64,000 nt of DNA, taken from the IMG/VR virus record IMGVR_UViG_3300023179_004209, positions 167,832 to 231,831 of that record; one strand, written 5' to 3'. The notes beneath the pieces are model-generated. The model did no database searches. It was given only the letters and a program-made list of their open reading frames with translations, and had not been told where the DNA came from. This DNA comes from a virus (taxonomy: Duplodnaviria > Heunggongvirae > Uroviricota > Caudoviricetes). The translations under genes and the position numbers were made by a program. The stretch's first letter is position 1, and each line of letters opens with the position of its first letter. Shown in pieces: positions 30,685 to 37,363 of the stretch.

Positions 30685-30761
30685 TGGTAGGGTAGAGGAG
30701 ATTCGAACTCCTGACCTTCTGTGTGTAAAACAGACGCTCTCCCGAATTGAGCTACCACCCC
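30685..30761 (-). tRNA. tRNA-Val(TAC)
   Basis: Canonical cloverleaf, loop TTTACAC, CCA. Confidence 0.92.
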
Positions 30762-30772
30762 GTTATATAAAA

Positions 30773-30846
30773 TGGTTGACCGTGCCGGTTACGCTCCGGC
30801 GTAGGACGATTATCAGTCGTCTATTCTGCTATTGAATTAACGGTCA
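30773..30846 (-). tRNA. tRNA-Ile(GAT)
   Basis: Loop CTGATAA; atypical T-loop AGCGTAA; CCA. Confidence 0.8.
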
Positions 30847-30853
30847 ATTGAAA

Positions 30854-30927
30854 TGGCGGCCATACGGGGTTACGCTCCCCGGACTTCCCTTAGACAGAGG
30901 GTTAGGTTACTATTACTTTATATGGCC
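30854..30927 (-). tRNA. tRNA-Asp(GTC)
   Basis: Loop CTGTCTA; G73; atypical T-loop AGCGTAA; CCA. Confidence 0.78.
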
Positions 30928-30932
30928 AAAAT

Positions 30933-31010
30933 TGGTGCTGTGCTCTCCACGCCGTCTCTGTGTTTTACCGATTGTACCGGTCGGCAGTCACTTATGGGGC
31001 CAGTTACCCA
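30933..31010 (-). ncRNA. CCA-ending non-canonical RNA in array 2
   Basis: GC-rich ~78 nt unit spaced like its tRNA neighbours and ending GCACCA, but with no cloverleaf; hairpins TGGG/CCCA, ACCG/CGGT and GCCG/CGGC. Confidence 0.4.
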
Positions 31011-31016
31011 TTAAAT

Positions 31017-31095
31017 TGGTGGAGCCAGTGGGTAATGCTCCCACACGAATCGTCCGGTTAAAAGCCGGCTGCCCGTCTATTGTGGCTTTGACTCC
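31017..31095 (-). tRNA. tRNA-Lys(TTT)
   Basis: Loop CTTTTAA; atypical D- and T-loops; CCA. Confidence 0.8.
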
Positions 31096-31101
31096 ATAAA
31101 T

Positions 31102-31217
31102 TGGTGGTCTAGGTATGGACTTTAACCATACATTCACTGCTTTCGTTTCGGATTGATTACCGTATCCAGCAGCCCTGCGTTTAAATTTCGCCCGATCTTG
31201 CGTTGATCTACTAGACC
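31102..31217 (-). ncRNA. Oversized tRNA-like RNA (116 nt)
   Basis: Perfect acceptor GGTCTAG/CTAGACC-ACCA, D-like GATC/GATC arm, T-like GTATGG/CCATAC arm, very large variable region, no standard anticodon loop. Confidence 0.65.
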
Positions 31218-31226
31218 ATCATAAAT

Positions 31227-31305
31227 TGGTGCAAGTGGTGGGTACTGCCCCCACACGAATATTCTGATTAAGAGTCAGATGCCCGTCTATTGTAGCTTCA
31301 CTTGC
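31227..31305 (-). tRNA. tRNA-Lys(CTT)
   Basis: Loop CTCTTAA; same atypical D-arm as Lys(TTT); CCA. Confidence 0.82.
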
Positions 31306-31344
31306 ATTAAAAATTGTATCTACTACTGTCAATGAACTATAAAC

Positions 31345-31372
31345 ATCTTAACACATTATTTAGTTCCGTCAA
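31345..31372 (-). promoter_or_regulatory. Internal sigma70-type promoter in array 2
   Basis: TTGACG-16bp-TAAGAT with upstream A-tract. Confidence 0.6.
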
Positions 31373-31388
31373 CAACTTTCTTAAAAAA

Positions 31389-31464
31389 TGGTCCCAGTTG
31401 TTGGTTCCGCCCCAACCTCTATTCGTCTTCAGCGAATCGCTTTCACTAGGTTAGCTTAACTGGG
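31389..31464 (-). tRNA. tRNA-Phe(GAA)
   Basis: Loop CTGAAGA; atypical T-loop; CCA. Confidence 0.8.
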
Positions 31465-31477
31465 ATTATAGATAAAT

Positions 31478-31556
31478 TGACAAGTCAAAGGAATCGAACC
31501 TTCTCGGAACAGAGTCGCCCGCTCCTTTACCACGCCATGCGCACTAGCACCTGTCA
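31478..31556 (-). ncRNA. Degenerate tRNA-like RNA (canonical T-arm, no CCA)
   Basis: TGACAGG/CTTGTCA stem, GAAGG-TTCGATT-CCTTT T-arm, no recognisable anticodon loop. Confidence 0.45.
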
Positions 31557-31561
31557 AATTC

Positions 31562-31667
31562 TGATTGCGTGGTTGGAATCGAACCAACGGCCCGTGCTTA
31601 TTCACACTTTTACGGTGTCATTTACCATCATAGTGAGCACTGATCTACCTCTGAACTACACACAATC
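31562..31667 (-). ncRNA. tRNA-like RNA with 37-nt expanded anticodon loop
   Basis: Normal acceptor, D- and T-arms; anticodon stem GTGCT/AGCAC closes a 37-nt loop with an inner ACAC/GTGT hairpin. Confidence 0.6.
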
Positions 31668-31672
31668 TAAAA

Positions 31673-31759
31673 TGGTGGGAGCAGTAGGACTTGCACCTAC
31701 GAAGGCCTTTCGGCCGGGAGATTTACAGTCTCCAGCAATTGCTACTATGCGATACTCCC
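31673..31759 (-). tRNA. tRNA-Tyr(GTA)
   Basis: Long variable arm, loop CTGTAAA, CCA. Confidence 0.9.
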
Positions 31760-31764
31760 AAAAA

Positions 31765-31890
31765 TGGCTCCAGAGGAGGGTTTCGAACCCCCAACCCTGC
31801 GGTTAACTTTGGCCTTGTGAGATTTGCACTCTCTATTAAATAATACTTTATGGCCCACAGCCGCATGCTCTACCATTGAGCTACTCTGGA
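31765..31890 (-). tRNA. tRNA-Asn(GTT) interrupted by a 51-nt insertion in the anticodon
   Basis: Removing GTGGGCC...GGCCAAA restores the canonical 75-nt tRNA with loop CTGTTAA. Confidence 0.75.
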
Positions 31891-31891
31891 A

Positions 31892-32368
31892 TTAAATTGT
31901 CAATAAACCTGCGTGAACTTCTCCGTGACAATTATGACATAATAACTCACACTTGTCAACTTCTAATTTTAACTTATCAAAACTAACAGATTGTCCACTA
32001 ATTTGAAAATCTTTTTGTAAAGGATCTTTATGATGAAATGTAAGATTACCAAAATAATTTTTGTATCCACACTTTATACACTTACCGCCTTTATATTCAA
32101 CTAATTTTTGTTTAGTTCTTACTCTCCAATCAACAACGGATTTTACTCTTCTGGTTTTTCTTTCTTCATTCGTTAATTTATTTTTGCCTACCGGTCTAGT
32201 ATTTAGATACTTTATCAGAGTTCCTCTACAATGTCCATATTTTTTTTGACAATCTCTTAAAGAATTTCCATCGTCATAAAATGCTTGAATTTCTTTAAGT
32301 TCAGAATCAGTGATTGTTTTAATCCCCGCTAAAATTCTTTTTTGTTTTATAATATCAGATGTTACCAT
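31892..32368 (-). CDS. HNH endonuclease (free-standing, inside tRNA array)
   Basis: CIKCGY...LTFHHKDP...KCELLCHNCHGEVH motif; N-terminal HTH-like segment. Confidence 0.9.
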   Translation of the reverse strand: MVTSDIIKQKRILAGIKTITDSELKEIQAFYDDGNSLRDCQKKYGHCRGTLIKYLNTRPVGKNKLTNEERKTRRVKSVVDWRVRTKQKLVEYKGGKCIKCGYKNYFGNLTFHHKDPLQKDFQISGQSVSFDKLKLEVDKCELLCHNCHGEVHAGLLTI

Positions 32369-32435
32369 ATAATTAACTTTCTATGTTAATAAATAGGTAA
32401 CAGGTTAACAAAACAATTATAATTTTATTAGAAAA

Positions 32436-32509
32436 TGGCTCCCAAGGAAGGACTCGCACCTTCACAAGAACGTTAACAGCGTTCCGTGCTACTTTGACAC
32501 TACTCGGGA
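32436..32509 (-). tRNA. tRNA-Asn(GTT)
   Basis: Loop CTGTTAA, G73, CCA. Confidence 0.88.
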
Positions 32510-32628
32510 ATTTTTAAAAATTAAACGTTTACTGGATTTCACTATGCTTGTTCCACCTACTAATCATAACCTCGTCAGATTATAACCTTCAATGTCTATC
32601 AGTGTCAATACATTACTTACTACTTCAA

Positions 32629-32701
32629 CTATTGATTCAGATTCGAACTGAATGACTCCTGCATATGGTGCAGTTGCTTTACCAGTTAAGCTACGTTCGT
32701 T
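32629..32701 (-). pseudogene. Pseudo tRNA-Met/Ile2(CAT)
   Basis: D-, anticodon (ACCATAT) and T-arms intact, but the acceptor strands do not pair and there is no CCA. Confidence 0.55.
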
Positions 32702-32726
32702 GCCTTCACCTAATGTATTTGAAAAA

Positions 32727-32804
32727 TGGCATCCACCGTAAGAATCGAACTTACCCACGGGCTTTTGGAGAGCCTGTCGCCTAATCCTTGGAACATTGGC
32801 GGAT
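32727..32804 (-). tRNA. tRNA-Trp(CCA)
   Basis: Loop CTCCAAA, G73, CCA. Confidence 0.82.
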
Positions 32805-32814
32805 ATACTATAAA

Positions 32815-32891
32815 TGGTAGTCGCATGGGGATTTGAACCCTATTCTCCATCTTGAGAGGATGGTGTCCTATCACACATAGACGATGCGACC
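32815..32891 (-). tRNA. tRNA-Glu(CTC)
   Basis: Loop CTCTCAA, CCA. Confidence 0.88.
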
Positions 32892-32901
32892 GTTAAATAT
32901 T

Positions 32902-32989
32902 GTGACGAGATTACCCCAGTAGGAATTACCCGGCATGCAAGGGCTCCTTCAATCTTTTGGGTTTAAGTCTCTTTGTTGCCCTCGTCACT
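32902..32989 (-). ncRNA. Putative structured RNA between the Glu tRNAs
   Basis: Terminal 8-bp stem GTGACGAG/CTCGTCAC enclosing a GC-rich interior. Confidence 0.45.
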
Positions 32990-32996
32990 TTTAAAA

Positions 32997-33074
32997 TGGT
33001 AGCCCCACGGGGAATTGAACCCACGATTTGTAGATTGAAAGTCTACCGTCCTATACCCATTAGACGATGAGGCC
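32997..33074 (-). tRNA. tRNA-Glu(TTC)
   Basis: Loop CTTTCAA, CCA. Confidence 0.9.
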
Positions 33075-33085
33075 ATTATATAAAT

Positions 33086-33163
33086 TGGCGCTTCAGTGAG
33101 GATTCGAACCCCAAACTCAACGTTCGTAGCGTTGCGTGATAAATCCATTTTCACCACCGAAGC
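33086..33163 (-). tRNA. tRNA-Arg(ACG)
   Basis: Loop CTACGAA, CCA. Confidence 0.9.
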
Positions 33164-33169
33164 ATAAAT

Positions 33170-33245
33170 TGGTTACCCCACTTGGATTTTCACCAAGGTT
33201 GATGTCTCAGAGAACACATCCGTCCTAAACCTAGACGATAGGGTA
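33170..33245 (-). tRNA. Atypical Glu-like tRNA with 10-nt anticodon loop
   Basis: Glu/Asp-type D-arm TCGTCTA..AGGAC, stem GATGT/ACATC closing GTTCTCTGAG, CCA. Confidence 0.55.
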
Positions 33246-33253
33246 ATTAAAAT

Positions 33254-33332
33254 TGGGGTGTACGGCGGGATTCGAACCCGTATCTGCCAGACTCACAATC
33301 TGGGACATTATTCCAGTTATGCTACATACACC
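33254..33332 (-). tRNA. tRNA-His(GTG)
   Basis: Loop TTGTGAG, G-1:C73, CCA. Confidence 0.9.
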
Positions 33333-33344
33333 ATTACTATAAAT

Positions 33345-33419
33345 TGGAGCCTCCTTCCGGGCTTGCGCCGAACTCTGGGGTTTACAAAACCTCTGCATCG
33401 CTGCCTATGCTTAGGAGGC
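33345..33419 (-). tRNA. tRNA-Thr(TGT)
   Basis: Loop TTTGTAA, C2-G71, atypical T-loop, CCA. Confidence 0.85.
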
Positions 33420-33476
33420 ATCTAGAAAATTACTTCATACTTGCCTTAACACAGTAATCACCTCAGTAATACTGTC

Positions 33477-33590
33477 ATCGCCCTATGGGTTCTGCATCTC
33501 AACATAACACCCACGGACCAATCAATTGATTTTCCCAGTCTTTAACCTTTGGTTACTGGCGGCGGCTCAACAGATGGAGTTTCAAGCCTT
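33477..33590 (-). ncRNA. Conserved structured leader RNA, copy 2 (5' of tRNA array 2)
   Basis: Homologous to 24456-24552, with covarying stems. Confidence 0.7.
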
Positions 33591-33605
33591 ATCTAATCTT
33601 CACTA

Positions 33606-33633
33606 AGTCTATCAGAACTTCAGAGTTCGTCAA
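33606..33633 (-). promoter_or_regulatory. Sigma70-type promoter of tRNA array 2 (second candidate TTGAAG-16-TAGATT at 33696-33723)
   Basis: TTGACG-16bp-TAGACT with upstream A-tract. Confidence 0.7.
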
Positions 33634-33727
33634 CAACTTTTTAAAATTTTCTTTTCATCATCCAATGAACTACTTACGTCGTTCACTGTTTAACTAATCT
33701 ACCACACTTACAAAGAACTTCAAGAAC

Positions 33728-33766
33728 AAAAACAAAAAACCGTCACTTTCTTCTCAGGTGACGGTT
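33728..33766 (-). terminator. Attenuator terminator 2
   Basis: AACCGTCAC/GTGACGGTT 9-bp stem plus TTTTGTTTTTG. Confidence 0.85.
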
Positions 33767-33796
33767 GACATTGTTTAAATTTCTCTACACTCAAGT

Positions 33797-33874
33797 TTAT
33801 ACAATATCACCGTCAACACATTCACAATTTGTAAATGTATCCCAACGCTTAATATTTGTATAATGTACTCTCAT
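33797..33874 (-). CDS. Leader peptide 2 MRVHYTNIKRWDTFTNCECVDGDIV (25 aa; alternative start 33883)
   Basis: Manual translation; TATATATA motif upstream; last codons form the antiterminator; composition matches array 2 tRNAs. Confidence 0.82.
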   Translation of the reverse strand: MRVHYTNIKRWDTFTNCECVDGDIV

Positions 33875-33918
33875 TATAATCATATATATAAACAAAAAAT
33901 AAAAAACACCAAACTATT

Positions 33919-34326
33919 TCATCTTTTTACACTTTTTCTCACCATACTCACCACACTGCTGCCATAATCCCTCTCTACCTCAAACCCAAACCGACCATAA
34001 AACCGCATCAACCGCTCATCACCTCCTCCATCATCATCACTACTAGGTATACACCGTATATCTAACCCATTAATATCCGCAAACTCACACAACCGCCCCA
34101 TAACCTCCCCACCTACGCCCTGCCCACGATACTCCTCCCTCACATACATATCACTCAAATACACACTGCCACTGTCATTTATATACACTCCAAACCTATC
34201 TATCTGTATATACTCATTTATCACATTTCTCTCAAATACCTCTATTTTCTCATTTATTGTATCCATATATCTATATATCCTTTTTTCCCATAAAAAAATT
34301 TTACCCCAGGATTTTTTAAGTTTCAA
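33919..34326 (-). CDS. GNAT-family N-acetyltransferase
   Basis: VYLSDMYVREEYRGQGVGGEVM motif A and LMRFYGRFGF motif B; true start probably downstream of the ORF-track start. Confidence 0.85.
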   Translation of the reverse strand: MKLKKSWGKIFLWEKRIYRYMDTINEKIEVFERNVINEYIQIDRFGVYINDSGSVYLSDMYVREEYRGQGVGGEVMGRLCEFADINGLDIRCIPSSDDDGGGDERLMRFYGRFGFEVERDYGSSVVSMVRKSVKR

Positions 34327-34632
34327 TACGAAAATTCAAAAAAATAGGGTACCAAAACAGTGTTTAAAACAATTATACATATGCTAAAATCCCCAAAGAA
34401 AAATTGACTCCGTATCTAAAAGAAGCATCGTTGGGCTGGGGGGGCTGCTGCGCTCTATGTTAAGCAGTAGGGGATGCTGGGTGGGTAGGGCCGTCAAGTT
34501 ATTATAAAGTGTAGCCTACCCTACCGGCATGGGGTTGTCAAGTATATAATGCGGATGGGGTGGCTGGGTGGTGGGGCGTGTAGGGTTTTGATATAGGGTG
34601 ACCCATAACCTATGTGTATATGTATATATGTA

Positions 34633-35133
34633 TTAGGCCCACTCAGTGAAGTTCATAGGTTGTCCGTTCCAAGGATATGCGGAAGCGTAACTGGCGATCT
34701 TGAAGCTGGGTTTGTTGTTATAGTAGTTGAGGCGCTTGGTGATGACCTTGTTACCTTTGTTGTTGAGGTTAGGAACGCAGTTACCTTGCATTGGACCAGT
34801 GTAAGTGCGATCTTCGCCGATGGAGACTACTTTGACACTGGATTTGGTTACTTCGACGACCATGTAGAAGTCAATGTTGGTTTGGTCGTAGCCCCAGCTG
34901 GAATAAAAGATATCATTGACTTTGACGGGGTTGGATTGGGGAACTTCCTTCAGGTTATCTTTGGTGGTGACGATGACATTGAAGCGGTGGTTTTCGTGGC
35001 TGCAGTAGACATAACCCTTACGGTTGACTTTGTAGACGGTGAGGGTTGAGCCAGCGGGGATGACGGTTTTGGAAGCGTCAACGGTGATGATGTCAACGAT
35101 GTTGGTGACGGTGGAGTAGCGTTTGATGGCCAT
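34633..35133 (-). CDS. Hypothetical early protein
   Basis: 166 aa; DIFYSSWGYDQTNIDFYMVV motif; own promoter. Confidence 0.75.
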   Translation of the reverse strand: MAIKRYSTVTNIVDIITVDASKTVIPAGSTLTVYKVNRKGYVYCSHENHRFNVIVTTKDNLKEVPQSNPVKVNDIFYSSWGYDQTNIDFYMVVEVTKSSVKVVSIGEDRTYTGPMQGNCVPNLNNKGNKVITKRLNYYNNKPSFKIASYASAYPWNGQPMNFTEWA

Positions 35134-35186
35134 GGTATTGTTTATTTTATCAGGTTTGACGGGGGTGATTCCCTTACCGTGAGAAC

Positions 35187-35215
35187 AAGGTACAGGATGT
35201 TGCTGCGGCTGTCAA
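35187..35215 (-). promoter_or_regulatory. Sigma70-type early promoter
   Basis: TTGACA-17bp-TACCTT with A-tract UP element. Confidence 0.75.
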
Positions 35216-35297
35216 AATCTTTTTAAGACTTTTTTTAAAAAGGTGAAGAGGGTTTTTGACTTGACTGGGTTACCCACAACCATTTACCTACTCAACC

Positions 35298-35867
35298 TTA
35301 GAGAGCCTGATAAACCAGTGCCGGCTTGCCACGGCCGCTCTCGTTACGAACACTATCCACCACACCAACCTTAGCCTCAGCAATCCACTTCTTGACAATC
35401 AGATATAGAGTAGGTTGAGGAAGTTGATATTCAGACATAAGCATCTTCATAGTGAACTTACCACTAGGAACATTGACGGTAGCAGTCTTGGGATTGGACT
35501 TACGGCCACGCTTCACTGGATTACCAGTCTTGACCGCTTCTTCCTTGGCATCTGCACTAGCCTTGACCTTCTCAACCAACTCAACAAACCGTTCCTCTGC
35601 ACGATCAATGGTCTTACAGTCAAAGGCAGTCTTACCAAAAGCAGCACAACCTGGATACTGTTCATAGGTTTCTTGGACAGTGTTACCACCAGGAAGTGCA
35701 GTTCCCTTGGGTACAACCTTCACAATAAACACTTCATAACTACGAGTAGTACCATCCATGTTCTGTCGTTCATAGATAGCAACACCGTTCTCCTTCTTAA
35801 TCTGGATAAACTTAGTGTTACCAACTCGGTCAAAATTACCAGTGAATTCCTTTTGGAGCTTCTTCAT
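35298..35867 (-). CDS. Hypothetical early protein, C-terminal winged-HTH-like
   Basis: 189 aa; FTMKMLM..QPTLYLIVKKW..GRGKPALVY. Confidence 0.7.
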   Translation of the reverse strand: MKKLQKEFTGNFDRVGNTKFIQIKKENGVAIYERQNMDGTTRSYEVFIVKVVPKGTALPGGNTVQETYEQYPGCAAFGKTAFDCKTIDRAEERFVELVEKVKASADAKEEAVKTGNPVKRGRKSNPKTATVNVPSGKFTMKMLMSEYQLPQPTLYLIVKKWIAEAKVGVVDSVRNESGRGKPALVYQAL

Positions 35868-35876
35868 GTTGTATAG

Positions 35877-35905
35877 AGTATAGGTTAAAATTGTGGTGGT
35901 GTCAA
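35877..35905 (-). promoter_or_regulatory. Sigma70 promoter, near-leaderless
   Basis: TTGACA-17bp-TATACT, ATG 9 nt downstream. Confidence 0.8.
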
Positions 35906-35916
35906 CTTATTTTAAT

Positions 35917-36243
35917 TTAGATAGTGCCCATGGAGTACACGTAGTCATATCGTCCAGCAGGAACAGCATAACTCTCTTCAGTGGTTTCTTCAACTACATT
36001 CAGAGCAGGAATCTCAGCCCGGATAGAAGCCAGAAACTCCATCTTCTCATTGTACCGAGCCAGCTGTTCCTCAGTAGCCACAGGCAGTTCAGCCACGGTG
36101 GCGGTCAGTTCATCCTGGATACGGATGTCGTCCATAGCTTCCAGTTCGGTTTCGGTCAGTTCGATGTCGGGAGTCATAGTTTCGGTGATGTCAACGGTGA
36201 TGAGGTTGCGGAGGTCAGAAGCGGTGTCGATCATGTCGTTCAT
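35917..36243 (-). CDS. Acidic hypothetical early protein
   Basis: 108 aa, Glu/Thr/Asp-rich. Confidence 0.7.
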   Translation of the reverse strand: MNDMIDTASDLRNLITVDITETMTPDIELTETELEAMDDIRIQDELTATVAELPVATEEQLARYNEKMEFLASIRAEIPALNVVEETTEESYAVPAGRYDYVYSMGTI

Positions 36244-36252
36244 TGTGAAGAT

Positions 36253-36281
36253 AGGTTAGACTAAGTTTAGGGTGGTGTCAA
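36253..36281 (-). promoter_or_regulatory. Sigma70 promoter, near-leaderless
   Basis: TTGACA-17bp-TAACCT, ATG 9 nt downstream. Confidence 0.75.
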
Positions 36282-36300
36282 AAAGTTTTTTTAAAATCTT

Positions 36301-36588
36301 TTAACGGGTGTAAATCGGGGTACCATCAGCACGACGGTTTTCTTTGCTGGCCAGCCAAGCGATACGAGCACGGCGTTCACCATACTGGATACCTTTAACC
36401 GAATTGGGTGAACCAATCAAAGCATTGAAGATCTGGACCAACTGCTTGCGATTATTCTGAAATGACTTGACACACAGAGGAAGGTTGTTCTTGGAAGCAT
36501 TGGCTTCTTGCGCCTTGAGCCACTTGATTTGAGCGGCAATCTGGTTGATTTGGGCCTTGGTGTTCTTGGAGTCAGAGGTCATCTTCAT
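36301..36588 (-). CDS. Basic hypothetical early protein (95 aa; start revised)
   Basis: ATG at 36588 lies 9 nt after TTGACA-17-TACTCT; the ORF-track start at 36639 runs through the promoter. Confidence 0.7.
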   Translation of the reverse strand: MKMTSDSKNTKAQINQIAAQIKWLKAQEANASKNNLPLCVKSFQNNRKQLVQIFNALIGSPNSVKGIQYGERRARIAWLASKENRRADGTPIYTR

Positions 36589-36597
36589 CGTGGGTAT

Positions 36598-36626
36598 AGA
36601 GTAGACTAGGTTTTGGTTGGTGTCAA
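36598..36626 (-). promoter_or_regulatory. Sigma70 promoter, near-leaderless
   Basis: TTGACA-17bp-TACTCT. Confidence 0.78.
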
Positions 36627-37363
36627 CAGTTTCGGCCAACTTTTTTTAAATTTTCTTACCGTCAACCGTTTCAACTGCTTCCCAACCGTGGATATAAGGT
36701 ACAGGAGGAAAGGGGTACCGTCAAGCCTTACCGTCAACTTTTTTTAAAAATCTTTGGTGTTGACCGCATCGGTTCCAAAATGGTAGTATCCTGATTGTTC
36801 CAATGGAATAGTAGTGTCCGACACTTACAAGGACGATGGGGATCATCCTCTTTTTTTTTGGAGTCCTAGCATGGGGTACCATGACCTGCGTATATATCGT
36901 TATCGTTAACCTAACAATGAATAAAATAAGTTGTTTTGACAATTATGGTTGACAAAGTGTGGTAAATGTGGTAAATGGTGGGTGAATATAAAAAGTCGTC
37001 AAAGCAAAAAATAATCCTGTACCGCAATAACCACACTACTAGACAACAACCACCACAACCGCATCATTAATATATACTCAATTACACAATTACAAAAAAC
37101 CCCAGAAAAAATATTGACAACCGCATCAATGACACGAATATATTTTATAATGATGCTTGTTGTAGTTGTCCATAACGGACACTATGAATGATTATAATTG
37201 TGTAAAGGTGTATATGTTGATATGAGTATTTATACAAATTGCGGTTAGGGTAATGGGTAAAAGGGTGTATAGGGGTATTGTTATATGAATTAGAATAAGA
37301 TAGTATATAAAAGGGGTAATAAGGGAGGATATGGGGTGAATAGGGTAGAAAGGTGTTGACTGG

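Noticed and set aside
30933-31010. Guanidine-III riboswitch or HDV-like theta ribozyme
   Set aside because: It shares only AGACGGCG with ykkC-III and lacks ACGAGG. It does not start directly at a tRNA 3' end, and I could not build the HDV double pseudoknot
31765-31890. Group I intron in tRNA-Asn
   Set aside because: 51 nt cannot hold a catalytic core, and the junctions do not give both a 5' U and a terminal G
23649-33157. ORF-track calls overlapping tRNA arrays (23649-23882, 30498-30758, 30848-31099, 31477-31806, 32564-32758, 32963-33157)
   Set aside because: They are read-throughs of GC-rich tRNA genes with no protein-like features
36721-36942. 73-aa ORF in the divergence zone
   Set aside because: No promoter or start context, atypical composition, and it lies in a repeat-rich non-coding segment
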